Of a stretch of 64,000 nucleotides of DNA, positions 16,452 through 26,900 are shown one piece after another (the stretch's first letter is position 1; every line of letters begins with the position of its first letter). A model generated the notes under the pieces. The model had not been told where the DNA came from, did no database searches, and worked only from the letters and a program-made list of their open reading frames with translations. Position numbers and translations under genes: made by a program. The DNA is from a virus (Duplodnaviria > Heunggongvirae > Uroviricota > Caudoviricetes): the IMG/VR virus record IMGVR_UViG_3300024272_000009; one strand, written 5' to 3'.

Positions 16452-17138
16452 TTACGCGGCCTTCTGAAGTTTAGTCCAGTTATACCAACCGTAGAAAGCA
16501 TTAGCAGTCCAAGCAATATACATAGCAACCATAGACCACTGACCGAGAATAATAAACATAACCAAACTTACTACATCGATAAGAATCCAGCACGCCCACT
16601 GTTCTCTATATCTCCAAATCATAAGAAGCTGGGCAATAACAGCAAGAGCAACAGTCATAGCATCAAGATAAGGAAGGGTGCTTCCGAGAACGGCTTCACC
16701 GAAATAACCAAGAAGGAAAGTACTTACCGCTACTACGCCAACAGACCCAAGCCACTGCCAAAGCTTAAACTTCTTTGCCTTAACCTGTTCAGTACCGTCG
16801 TCATTCTTCTTCATATTCTTCTTCCACATAAAAACGCCGAAGATACAAACAATAAAGTAGAACACCTGTTCGCCAAACTCAAGATAGAGAGCAAGGTCCC
16901 AGCAAATAATCATATAAGTAATCATCTGCACAAAGTTAAAGATATACGAAGAAATCTTTCCCTTTGCTGTGAGAGCGACACAGATAACACCCGCAAGTCC
17001 ACAGATAATTCCGATAGCAGTGTCAGGGACGATGAAATACATAATTACCTGAAGCAAAATCAAGGAAGCGAAAAAGATTCTCTCAAAAGCCGTGTAGCCG
17101 TTCCAAAATTCATTCTTAAGCCATTTTACCATTTTCAA
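16452..17138 (-). CDS. pnuC: nicotinamide riboside transporter PnuC-like membrane protein
   Basis: 228 aa with about 7 predicted TM helices. It is Trp-rich, with conserved W/N-containing helices typical of PnuC. It overlaps the nadR-like gene by 23 nt. Confidence 0.65.
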   Translation of the reverse strand: MKMVKWLKNEFWNGYTAFERIFFASLILLQVIMYFIVPDTAIGIICGLAGVICVALTAKGKISSYIFNFVQMITYMIICWDLALYLEFGEQVFYFIVCIFGVFMWKKNMKKNDDGTEQVKAKKFKLWQWLGSVGVVAVSTFLLGYFGEAVLGSTLPYLDAMTVALAVIAQLLMIWRYREQWACWILIDVVSLVMFIILGQWSMVAMYIAWTANAFYGWYNWTKLQKAA

Positions 17139-18225
17139 TAATCTCCTTTACATCATCAACAATTTTCTTAAAGTTATTATAATATCCGCCGTCGAGGATA
17201 ACTACCTTATCCCAATTACCTGAAGCTTTGATATTGTTACAAAGAATCTCAAAGAGTTCTCTTCTTTCTGTATCGCCGCTGAAAGCCATGTATCTAGTAT
17301 GGTCGTCTACAAATACTCCGTGAGGGCAGAGAAGATAAATTTTATCCCAACGACATTTCTTAGTGATCGCATCCGCAGCAACAGCGATTTCTTTAAACTC
17401 TTCCTCAGTTAGGTCGAGATCAGGGTCTCTGTGATAATACTCAGCATACATTCGAGTAGTCATACTATCAGAGTCTGCGAAGAAGATTCCCTGATTACTT
17501 GGCGAGTTGATGAGTTTCTTATTCATCTGATACTGACCGTCAAGAAAAGCAAGATAGTCAGCCCCGTCGAGTTCCCACTCAGAAATATAACTTTCTTCCA
17601 TATAGTCTCTTGCATATTCAGTAGAATAGGGTGCGTTGAAATACTTACCAAGGTCTTTTACAAGAGTAGTTTTTCCTTCACTTGCTGTGCCGCAGATAAG
17701 AATATTAGTACTGAAGACTCTTCTGAAGGGAAAAGTAATTTTATCCCAATACTTAATAGGATTATGTCTGATCATTGTCGCAGAAATAGGGTTAAGTGTT
17801 CTATCAAGTAACACCACTTCATAGCCAAGACTTTCAAGATGAGTAGCATATGCCTCCTCGCTTACATAGAAAACAGCCTCGCACAAATCTGTAGCATTTC
17901 TGATAATCTCATTTACCTTAAGCATAAACTTATTCCACCCATTAGGATAAGCTTCGATACCAAGCTCAGTCTCATCGATAGGGTAAACAGCCACAAGGTC
18001 GTCGTCGGCAAAGAACTCTCTTACATAACGATAACGCTTTCTAAGAGGCATAAGCTCACCACCACGATCTCCGTCTCTACCGTCTACGATAACAATACAA
18101 CCACCGTCGCATTCTTTCTTAGCTCGCATAATAACATCAAGGTGTCCCTGATGAAGCGGAGCAAAAGTTCCGAAGACAACACCAACTGTTTTACCTTGCA
18201 AAGGCTTCTGATAAGTATAAATCAT
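17116..18225 (-). CDS. nadR: NadR-like bifunctional NMN adenylyltransferase / ribosylnicotinamide kinase
   Basis: 369 aa. The N-terminal nucleotidyltransferase motif is GVVFGTFAPLHQGHL (GxFxPxHxGH). The C-terminal P-loop kinase domain carries ICGTASEGKTT. There is no N-terminal HTH, as in Haemophilus-type NadR. Confidence 0.8.
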   Translation of the reverse strand: MIYTYQKPLQGKTVGVVFGTFAPLHQGHLDVIMRAKKECDGGCIVIVDGRDGDRGGELMPLRKRYRYVREFFADDDLVAVYPIDETELGIEAYPNGWNKFMLKVNEIIRNATDLCEAVFYVSEEAYATHLESLGYEVVLLDRTLNPISATMIRHNPIKYWDKITFPFRRVFSTNILICGTASEGKTTLVKDLGKYFNAPYSTEYARDYMEESYISEWELDGADYLAFLDGQYQMNKKLINSPSNQGIFFADSDSMTTRMYAEYYHRDPDLDLTEEEFKEIAVAADAITKKCRWDKIYLLCPHGVFVDDHTRYMAFSGDTERRELFEILCNNIKASGNWDKVVILDGGYYNNFKKIVDDVKEIIENGKMA

Positions 18226-18291
18226 TTACGTCCTCCTTAATCACTTTGTAATATATAATACAATATGAAATTTATTAAATTAATAAATTAA

Positions 18292-18340
18292 TAGAAAAAA
18301 AAAGAACAATACCGAGATAAAATTCTCAGTATTGTTCTTT
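18292..18340 (-). terminator. strong Rho-independent terminator after the SPFH gene
   Basis: Perfect 12-bp stem: aaagaacaatac (18301-18312) and gtattgttcttt (18329-18340). On the minus strand a T9 run follows. Confidence 0.8.
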
Positions 18341-18350
18341 ATACTATTCT

Positions 18351-19547
18351 TTAGTTATTACCGATAATGATATTAGAAACGTCGCCGTCACCTACAAAAG
18401 TATCAGGAAGCTTTCCGTCCCAAGACTGAGTGTAATAATACTCAATAAGTCTCTGAGCACCAATCTTAAGGTCAGCTTCAGTTACAGGAGTGCCATCTGC
18501 ATAACACACAGTATACTTAGTGTGTGTATCATCAATCTTTTCTGTCTTTACTGTCCAACCATTAATAGAAGCAAGTCTCTGGAGCGCAATAGCTGCATCC
18601 TTCTGACCCTGATACTCTGCTGCGTTTGCACTAATCTCAGCAACTTTTGCATCTGCCTCTGCCTTAATTTTATCAACTTCGGCCTGTGCATTTGCATTGA
18701 TCTTATTTACCTCAGCCTGAGCTGCAGCTTCGACCTTAGCACGCTCTGCAGCTTGCTGAGCTTCCATAGTAAGTCTTTCCTGCTCAATCTGAGCCTGAAG
18801 CTTATTCTGAGCAGCAACAGCTTTAGCCTCAACTGCATTAGTAAAGCTATCGGTAAAGTCCATATTCTCAATAGCAGTAGAAGATACATCAATATTATAC
18901 TTCTGAAGATTTGTAGTAAGCAAAGTCTCAATTTCTACAGCAACTTCTGCACGCTTACCGATAAGTTCCTCTGCCGTATATTTTGCAATAATAGTTTTTA
19001 CTGTTTCCTGAATTGTGGGATTTACAACAGTCTCAAGATAACCAGTTCCAATATCTCTATAGAGGTTCTGAGCATTAGTCTTTGAAATCTGATAGTTTAC
19101 AGTATATGTAGTATTTACTTCCTGGATGTCGGAGCTAAAGCAAGGAAGCTCAATAGTAGTCTTCTGTACTCTGTTATCCATCTTAGTTACAGACTGCCAA
19201 GGTGCCTTGAGATGAAAACCTGCATCAAAGGTATAATTCTCAACCTTACCAAATGTTCTTACAATACCAACATGACCGGTATCAACTGAAGCAATACAGC
19301 CGAAGAAAGTAAGAAGAAGACCGAGGAAAATACCTGCAACTACAGAAACTACACTGAACTTTGCAAGAGGCTTTGTAACTGTACTCTTCATTGTAGTCTG
19401 ATAACCGCCATAAGCGTTTCTTACGCGATTGCCTCCTTCGTCGAGTACGTACTCTTCAGTCTTCTCAGTCTTCTTATACTGTGCAAGACAAACAGCGGTA
19501 ATAATACCGGCGATGAGGAAGATAATGCCAAAAATAAATCCAACCAT
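18351..19547 (-). CDS. SPFH/band-7 (HflK/C-, prohibitin-like) membrane protein with coiled-coil and C-terminal domain
   Basis: 398 aa with two N-terminal TM segments. The SPFH core shows an HVGIVRTFGKV...DIQEV...YQI pattern. It is followed by an A/Q/E-rich coiled-coil (AQAEVNKINANAQAEVDKIKAEADAKV) and a C-terminal globular domain. Confidence 0.75.
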   Translation of the reverse strand: MVGFIFGIIFLIAGIITAVCLAQYKKTEKTEEYVLDEGGNRVRNAYGGYQTTMKSTVTKPLAKFSVVSVVAGIFLGLLLTFFGCIASVDTGHVGIVRTFGKVENYTFDAGFHLKAPWQSVTKMDNRVQKTTIELPCFSSDIQEVNTTYTVNYQISKTNAQNLYRDIGTGYLETVVNPTIQETVKTIIAKYTAEELIGKRAEVAVEIETLLTTNLQKYNIDVSSTAIENMDFTDSFTNAVEAKAVAAQNKLQAQIEQERLTMEAQQAAERAKVEAAAQAEVNKINANAQAEVDKIKAEADAKVAEISANAAEYQGQKDAAIALQRLASINGWTVKTEKIDDTHTKYTVCYADGTPVTEADLKIGAQRLIEYYYTQSWDGKLPDTFVGDGDVSNIIIGNN

Positions 19548-19595
19548 TTTTTTGTTTCCTTTCGATTTTAAAAATATTTTTTTTTGTAAATAAAA

Positions 19596-19634
19596 GTGGA
19601 AGGTGCTATTTTATTATACAGTAAGCTCCTTCCA
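19596..19634 (-). terminator. hairpin after the gatB/yqeY-like gene
   Basis: ggaaggtgct pairs with agctccttcc, a 10-bp stem with one mismatch. Confidence 0.45.
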
Positions 19635-19656
19635 AATTTAATACCTTTTTTAATTT

Positions 19657-20079
19657 TTATACATTCTTTACCAACTGAGCAATCTTAGACTTATCGAATC
19701 TGTTGCCGACTTCTTTTACAGTAAGACCGATAACTTTTCCCATATTAGACTCAGTCTCTTTGATCCTTCTGATAATCTCAATAACTTCGTCTTCTGACAT
19801 TTGCTTAGGAAGATACTGAGAAAGTTCTTTAATAGAATACTCTGCAAGAATATACTGTTCATCCTCGGGTTTATATACAGAAAGTAGCTCTTCTCTTTCC
19901 TTTACTTCTTTTGCAATGATATTTACAATTTGCTCATCAGTAAGCGGAAGCTCAAACTGCCCGGACTTCTCAGCTGTCATAATTCTCTGCTTCATAATTT
20001 CATAAGGATATCTTCGGATATACTCTCTTGTTTTGAAAGCTTCAATAAACTTTTGGTTAATCATTTCTTTAAGCGCCAT
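19657..20079 (-). CDS. GatB/YqeY-domain protein
   Basis: 140 aa. The pattern LTDEQIVNIIAKEVKERE...YLPKQMSEDEV...MGKVIG matches the YqeY/GatB C-terminal domain family. Confidence 0.7.
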   Translation of the reverse strand: MALKEMINQKFIEAFKTREYIRRYPYEIMKQRIMTAEKSGQFELPLTDEQIVNIIAKEVKEREELLSVYKPEDEQYILAEYSIKELSQYLPKQMSEDEVIEIIRRIKETESNMGKVIGLTVKEVGNRFDKSKIAQLVKNV

Positions 20080-20094
20080 AAAAAATCTCCTTTA

Positions 20095-20135
20095 AAATAA
20101 AAATAACCTTATTATATAATACAATAAGGTTATCT
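20095..20135 (-). terminator. hairpin terminator after gene 20149..21438
   Basis: 11-bp perfect inverted repeat: ataaccttatt (20103-20113) and aataaggttat (20123-20133). Confidence 0.55.
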
Positions 20136-20148
20136 TAGTTTTTAGTAT

Positions 20149-21438
20149 TTAATTAATTTTATCCATGTCACCTTTAATTCTTGTTAAGCCAAGGTTTGTA
20201 GCATAACCATTCGGTCCAATATTATCTATCTGTCTAGTTACAATATAAAGGCCGCTGGCTATATGCTTATTACCACCAGGGAAAATTACATTTAGTTTTA
20301 CATACTGCATGAGTGTAGCAGGTCGTAAGAGTCCCTGAATCTGTATTGTGGCATTTATAGGGAACTGTGTAGCCTTTGTCCACCAAACTACATCATTAGT
20401 ACTCAAGCTGGATTGGTCATTTCTTAGCAGGCCGGTTGGTGCATATTCGTCGGTCCAAAGTCCATCATCACCCAGTCTACGAACATACTCCTGTGGGTGT
20501 GCCAGATTCTGGTACTCATAGTAGATTGAGTAGTTTTCGTTAGCTTCAATTTCAAAAGATCTTACAATAGTAGATGTATTTATACCAATATCGATTTCGT
20601 AGGCATCATCTCTTTCCATTACTGCAGAAACTTTTGATACCTTGAAATAAGGACCTTTGTTACTAAGGTTTTTATCAGAATTAGTAATTGAGTCGTCATA
20701 GATAGTCATGATGTAGACTTCTTTACTTAAACCACTTTGAGTACCTTCCGGTATCATACAACCAACCAGATAATTTATGTAGTCGATCGCCGAGATATTT
20801 CGTTTAGAGTCAAGGGTAACTGCCATATCATCACCAGCAATAAGAGACTCTAAGTTTCCAACTGACATACCTGTAAAAGTATTTTGTAGGCTTTTATTAT
20901 TTTTAAATAATTTTTTTATTTCATCACTTGGCTTTACTTTTGCTCCACCTGAGCCGAGCATGGTTATATTGCCGTCTACTGAGAGTGCTGCGCTTGACAC
21001 AGCTTCTACAGTATATGCGATTGTGCTACTAGCCAGTCTAAACTGCTGAGATACCTTTGTTATGATTGCCTCTTCGTTTCTATAAATATATGCAGGAGTT
21101 TCCGCATCACCGTAGGTAAAAATAATCTTTCTGGTTTTGCTAACACTTGAAAAAACTTTTTCAAAAAAGTTTGGGTCGTCAAACTGAGTAACTGGATATT
21201 CAATACTTAGAGTATATCTATTTACCTGACCGTTTATCTTTTTTACTTCAAGCTGCTTGATATACTGCGGATACTGTATAGAAAAAGGCTGATAGAAGCC
21301 GGCGTTATCCTCGCCCCACCTTTTAGTTTGGTCATCAAATATACCGAAAGTATAGTCGCCAATTGTTACCTTAACCCATGGAACCTGAATTCTAGCTTGG
21401 CTTGATAGAAGTTTTCTGTTTAAAATTAAGTTACTCAT
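20149..21438 (-). CDS. putative distal tail/baseplate protein
   Basis: 429-aa ORF that ends the tail-gene run after the LysM protein. The call rests on position only. Confidence 0.35.
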   Translation of the reverse strand: MSNLILNRKLLSSQARIQVPWVKVTIGDYTFGIFDDQTKRWGEDNAGFYQPFSIQYPQYIKQLEVKKINGQVNRYTLSIEYPVTQFDDPNFFEKVFSSVSKTRKIIFTYGDAETPAYIYRNEEAIITKVSQQFRLASSTIAYTVEAVSSAALSVDGNITMLGSGGAKVKPSDEIKKLFKNNKSLQNTFTGMSVGNLESLIAGDDMAVTLDSKRNISAIDYINYLVGCMIPEGTQSGLSKEVYIMTIYDDSITNSDKNLSNKGPYFKVSKVSAVMERDDAYEIDIGINTSTIVRSFEIEANENYSIYYEYQNLAHPQEYVRRLGDDGLWTDEYAPTGLLRNDQSSLSTNDVVWWTKATQFPINATIQIQGLLRPATLMQYVKLNVIFPGGNKHIASGLYIVTRQIDNIGPNGYATNLGLTRIKGDMDKIN

Positions 21439-21764
21439 TTATTCACACTTCCAAACTCAACACTTGTAATATTAGGAATTTTAAGTGTTTGATACTTTTC
21501 AATAAGTGGTTTAAAAGAGTCCTGTACATTATTAAAATATGCAATTACCCACCAATAAGTAGGATTATTATAATACTTAAGCGCAAGCGAATGTAGAGTA
21601 TCGTTACTCTTTACTTTATGAGTAACGAACTCTGTATTAGTTTTTAGGTTAGTGCCAATACCAAATATTTGTCTATCCTTTAAAGTATCATAATAATAGG
21701 GTACGTTAGTATATCTACTTAAGTAATCAAAGCTAGCATAGGTTTTATTTTTTAGTGTATCCAT
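21435..21764 (-). CDS. LysM-domain tail protein (P2 gpX-like)
   Basis: 109 aa. THKVKSNDTLHSLALKYYNNPTYWWVIAYFNN...LKIP fits the LysM consensus. It sits in the distal tail cluster. Confidence 0.5.
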   Translation of the reverse strand: MDTLKNKTYASFDYLSRYTNVPYYYDTLKDRQIFGIGTNLKTNTEFVTHKVKSNDTLHSLALKYYNNPTYWWVIAYFNNVQDSFKPLIEKYQTLKIPNITSVEFGSVNK

Positions 21765-21783
21765 AATTTTGCTCCTTTACTAC

Positions 21784-22371
21784 TTAATAATGTAAGCCAG
21801 ACCTGAGTGTAGCTGTTAGTCCGCGGAAAGATCCATTTTTATATACTGTAGAAGCATCATAAGGGTCTACTTCAGATACAGTAAAACTAATATCAACTAA
21901 AGCATACTTTTCATTTGATAAAATAGGCTTTCCGTAAGTAACTGAAACGCCACCAGAAACGATTCCTTTTATAAAGACTTCTCTACCAAGTCGAATGGCG
22001 ACAAGAGGCGGCTCAACTGCCTTATTAGCAAGATTATATTTTGGTACTGCAATTGCCTGTAGCGCATGAATAAAGCTTTCTGCTTTATCCTCACCTTCTT
22101 CTAAAGTAACATTGGTAGGCATTTCGTCAAACATATCACGATGAAAACTAATATTTATCTGAACAGAACGTGGACCAGAGTGGCTGAACGTATATACCGG
22201 AGCTGAACGACCTAACGCAGTATTTTCCTGAAAGGAAGATTGCATTTGGTCTGTAACTTTGTCTGGGTAGCCGGGAAGCTGCCAATACTTAGCTTCCTCT
22301 GGAACATCTAGGTGTGAAATATATAGGTAGCAGTCTGGTAAAACTCTGCTTAAAATATCTGCACTTGCCAT
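21784..22371 (-). CDS. putative tail protein
   Basis: 195-aa ORF between the tail proteins. Call rests on position only. Confidence 0.35.
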   Translation of the reverse strand: MASADILSRVLPDCYLYISHLDVPEEAKYWQLPGYPDKVTDQMQSSFQENTALGRSAPVYTFSHSGPRSVQINISFHRDMFDEMPTNVTLEEGEDKAESFIHALQAIAVPKYNLANKAVEPPLVAIRLGREVFIKGIVSGGVSVTYGKPILSNEKYALVDISFTVSEVDPYDASTVYKNGSFRGLTATLRSGLHY

Positions 22372-22382
22372 TTTATTCCTCC

Positions 22383-23897
22383 TTAAATGTCATATAGACC
22401 GTCATAAATATCTACATTTTGAATATTATTTTTAGTTACTACTTTATTGTTTTCTATTTTCCAGCTAGAGTAACGCTTCTCAGTGTCTTTATCAATATAG
22501 CCTAAGACATCAAATGTTGTACTTTTCTTGGTTCGTCCGAGTCCATTGTTATAACCAAGTCTTCTATCCAAGATTTTACCATCTTGTGCTGAGAAAGGTC
22601 CTGCATTTAACATATTATCATAGACTATATTACGCATTTTATTTTCCCATAGTCCTTCTATTCTAAAGTAGTTTTTATTTTGAGACATGACGCGCTGTGC
22701 TCTTTTGATGTTATCCGTAATTGGATCCAGCGGTGTTATTGCACTACCGCCAAGATACTCTATAAGCTTGTCAGAAAAAGGATAAGACTCTTCTGTGTTA
22801 AAAGCTAATAGTTGTAATTGACAGATAGGATTAAAGTCATATCTGTTCAGGTCTACCTGATTAGCATTAAAGTTCATTATACTTTTATTGTTTTGGTAAA
22901 CCCACATTGCCTTGACCGCTGCATCTTCAGGGTCTATCTTTGGATTATAAACTGTTCCATCCTGCTTGTACTGAACCGGCGCATATTTTACATTATTATA
23001 ATTTCTAAAGTCTCCTTCTAATATCGTAATAGAAGAACGACATCCAGTTGGCACTTTTATAAAAAGTCTTAAGTTTTGTTCACGCAAAGTGAGATCCCAT
23101 CTGGTATATCTATCCATATACGGAAGACCGGTTGTAGCATTAAAATCTGTTTCAGCGTTCCAGTAGGCAAGACTGAGTTTATCGTATATAAAAGGACGCT
23201 TAAATAAGGTTTTGCTGGCTTTTTCATATGTTTTGCTTGCTAGCTCTTCTCCTTTTGTGGACGTATCAAGACTAGTACTGTACAGACCACAGAATAGCTC
23301 TATATCCTGTTCACAGTCTATTGCAATAGTATAATTAGCAAAAAGTTTAACTGGTAGGGCATAGATCCTATAGTTAGAATCCTGTGAGTTAAATATTACT
23401 CTTTTGCTATTATTTGGAAAGGAGAAGGATATATTATTATATATTTTATTACTAAAACAGTTATAAAGAGGCATCAAATCTACATTATGATAATCTCTTA
23501 GGAATCGTAGGTACTCTCCTAAATATTCGTGCGTTTCAGTATCGTAAGTAGCACTTTGGTTATAGAGTGAACGTGTCAAACCTCTAATAGTTTTGTCGCT
23601 GGTATAAAATACGTCAGCACTTTTTTTCCAGGCAGCTTTTCCGTTTAAACTGGGGGTTTTAGAAAAATAGCTATAAGGTACATTATTTTTTAAGTAGTTT
23701 ATACGCACAGCTGCCTTTTCTTTCTCACCGACTGCAAAAGAGTCAAAAGATTGAAGTACTCTTGGATCTTCTGTGCCGTGCTGCTCTAAATATTTTGCAA
23801 AATCTCTCGTATATATTTTGCATGTAGGCAGGTTAAATGAAGCAAGAAGCTGCTTCAAATAACCTGTAAAAATATGTGTATTATTAAATTTAAACAT
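22383..23897 (-). CDS. putative distal tail protein (follows tape measure)
   Basis: 504-aa ORF immediately downstream of the tape measure gene. Call rests on position only. Confidence 0.4.
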   Translation of the reverse strand: MFKFNNTHIFTGYLKQLLASFNLPTCKIYTRDFAKYLEQHGTEDPRVLQSFDSFAVGEKEKAAVRINYLKNNVPYSYFSKTPSLNGKAAWKKSADVFYTSDKTIRGLTRSLYNQSATYDTETHEYLGEYLRFLRDYHNVDLMPLYNCFSNKIYNNISFSFPNNSKRVIFNSQDSNYRIYALPVKLFANYTIAIDCEQDIELFCGLYSTSLDTSTKGEELASKTYEKASKTLFKRPFIYDKLSLAYWNAETDFNATTGLPYMDRYTRWDLTLREQNLRLFIKVPTGCRSSITILEGDFRNYNNVKYAPVQYKQDGTVYNPKIDPEDAAVKAMWVYQNNKSIMNFNANQVDLNRYDFNPICQLQLLAFNTEESYPFSDKLIEYLGGSAITPLDPITDNIKRAQRVMSQNKNYFRIEGLWENKMRNIVYDNMLNAGPFSAQDGKILDRRLGYNNGLGRTKKSTTFDVLGYIDKDTEKRYSSWKIENNKVVTKNNIQNVDIYDGLYDI

Positions 23898-23909
23898 TTA
23901 GTACACTCC

Positions 23910-26900
23910 TTATCCCATTACCCAGCCACCAAGGCTAACATTTCCACTGCCAGTACCCGGAGTTACGCTACCAGTTTCATCAGTGGCTACTTTATCACTG
24001 ACTTGTCCACTGCTAGAAGTTGTATCACTGCTTATACCAGGAACTCCGCCAAGAGCTGTGTCCCCAGAGCCAAGTCCGCCACCAGTTAAGCCGTAGCCAG
24101 CGACTTTAACGGTAATAGCTCTGCTACCACTAGCAACTTTATCAAGTAGTTCATAGATTTTTATTACATAAGAGTTTAGTACATCTACCTGGTTGTCTTC
24201 TGCTTCTTCCTTGGCCTCAACCATTTGTTTCTTTTTGTCGTCCTCAGCACCTTGAACAGTTGAGTCTTTGAGGTCGCTGCCTGAACCATTTCCAACAGTA
24301 GCAGAACCAGATGTAGTTTGTGCACCACCGCCGGTAAGACCACCGCCACTTATTTCACCACGAGGTGTAATAGTTAAGCCGGAGCCTTCCTTTATACCCA
24401 TCTTATTTAACATAGATCGTCCACTGAAGGATGAAAATAAACCAGAGATCATAGGACCGATGCTTCCAAGAATACCTGTACCGACAGAAGCAACACGCAT
24501 TAAGTCCGCAACAGTAGTTTCAAGGTCAACACCAAAGCCCATTACGTTTAAGAATGGGAGAGCAATACCGCCAGTAGTATCTTCAAGTAAGCCTGCCATT
24601 TTGTAGGTTAGGTAGGAGATTGGGTTATTTGCCATGCTGCTAGCTATTGTATACTGACCGTTTTCCCAAATATTGGTCATCATCTCACCAATACTTGTAC
24701 GCATAAACATCGTGCCAGCCATGTCGTATAGCTGATTTATTAGATTACCATATGTTTTATAATCACCAAATATATTTGCGGTAGTATTATCTTTAGCAAG
24801 GTTAACAGCTGCTTTTAGGTCAGAAGCTTTAACACCAAATACATTTGCCAGCTGCTGCTGAACTACGTTATTACCCTTAGAGGATTCTGCAATTTCAGCC
24901 AAGTAATTTACAGTTGCTTGTAATAATTTATTTGTATTTTCTGCATCCAAGCCTTCAGAAAGAATTTCCGCAATTGGAATATCCGCATTGTTTGCGGCCA
25001 TAACAAGTAAGTTACCTGCACCATTTCCAGTAAGAGCATCAATCTGACCAGAAGCAATTTGGCCTAATGCGCCAGCAATTGCCTGTACTGAAGAGGATGA
25101 CATACCTACTGAATAAAGTGAACCCATCCACTTCTGAACTTGGTACTCAACTTCAGTAGCAGCAGCTCCACCCATAAGAGCTTCCATTTCTTCTAAGCTA
25201 CCACGTACACTTGCGGCAACATCTGTTAGATACTCAGATGTTTCATACATGTTATTTAAGAAAGAGTTCAAAGCAGACTCCATGCCAAGACGACCAGCAG
25301 TAGAGTCTTCTTGCTGAATTCTTATTAATCTTAGTAGGGTGCCATCAGCCACATTAAAAGTATTAGCAATCTTTTCTTGAACAGTCATCAAGAAAGCACG
25401 CTGTTTAAGATCAAAAGAAATACCTTTATTAACGAGCTCTTTGATGTTATTCGCAAAGTCTTCTTGTTTAAAGAAAGGCGTAACAGCGCCAACACTCATC
25501 ATATCTTTGGTAAGCTGGTTCCAATAGGAGCCCATAGACTTTTTATTGTTAGAGCCTTGGAGACGTGTGTCTATTCCACCTTGGTACTGAGCAATACTGT
25601 CTATCTTGCTCTCAAGTTGAGCCATAAGACTGCTTATTGCTTTTATAGCAACAGCCATCTGTGCTGCGCCCTTATCTTCATCATCAACAGAGTCTGTTAT
25701 ACTCTTTAGTTCTTTAAATCTAGAAACAAGATTATCTTCTTTACTGAGATTCTGGAAAGAAGCTGCATGCTCGATTTTACTATCAGTAGCAGCAACAGAA
25801 TCTCGTTTTTCTTTTTTAGCAGCTTCTAGCTGCAACTTTTCTAGCTTTTTCTGATTTTTCTCGTCAAGAACATACTCTTCGTTTTTCTGTTTTTTGAGGT
25901 CTTTTAGTTTTTTGGCAAGCTCTTCACCACTATACTTTTTTCTAAGCTTTATTTCTTCATTTACGATGTCAATAGCTTTTTTCTTTTCAAAAGCAGCGAC
26001 AGCTTCTTGGTTTGCCTCTTTAAACTCTTCAAGCTTTTTAGCTTCTAGTGCAGCTCTAAAACGCTTAGCGGTGAGCTCGTCTAAATGCTTTTGTTTAGTA
26101 TCAAATTCATCTTTAAGCTGTTTTTCGATAGCCGCAGCGTCAGCAGCTCTGAGCTTACCATTATTATTGGCCATAGCCTCAAGCTCTAATGCTTGTCGCC
26201 TCTCGGCCATAGCAGTTTTAATTTCTTCTAAAGACTTTGCATTTTCTTCCGCTGCAATTTGTTCAGCTCTTAGCTTACCAAGTTCTCTTCTACTAGCAGC
26301 ATTTCTAGCATAGTCAAGTTGAGTATTAATCTCATCCATTAGTTGCTGTGCTTTTGTTTCAGCATCAACAACTTCTTGTATACGAGCTATTTTATATTCT
26401 ACTCTCTGGCGCTCCAAATCTTCTTCGGTTTTGTTCCTTGCTAGAGCTAAGGCAACTTGTGCATCATGTGCTTCCTTAGCTGAAGTTAATAACGTAGTCA
26501 GATGCTTAGTAATACGTTCTTTACGCGCAGCATCAATTTCTGCTTCACGTACATTTAACGCATCCATAACTGCACTCAAGTCGACTACTGCATCAGAAAG
26601 CCCAGCAATTTCATCCTCTGCCGCGAAAGTTCGTACTGTAACGTCTGGCACGACGGGAGGTCGACCTTCGTCACCAGCTCCAGCGTCAGCACCACCGCTA
26701 CCGGGAGTTGGAGTATAATGGCTTGCTCTAAGTGCCTCTATAAGTGCCGAAGAGATATCATTAATAGCAGAAGCATTATCTTGACGAGTAGCTGCTACTT
26801 CCCCCGCCGCAGGACTAACTTCTTCGGTTCTACTTACACTTGGTGTATCACCGCTTGTTATTGCAGTAAAGTTGCTGGCTTTAAGGGCGTCTCTTAGTGT

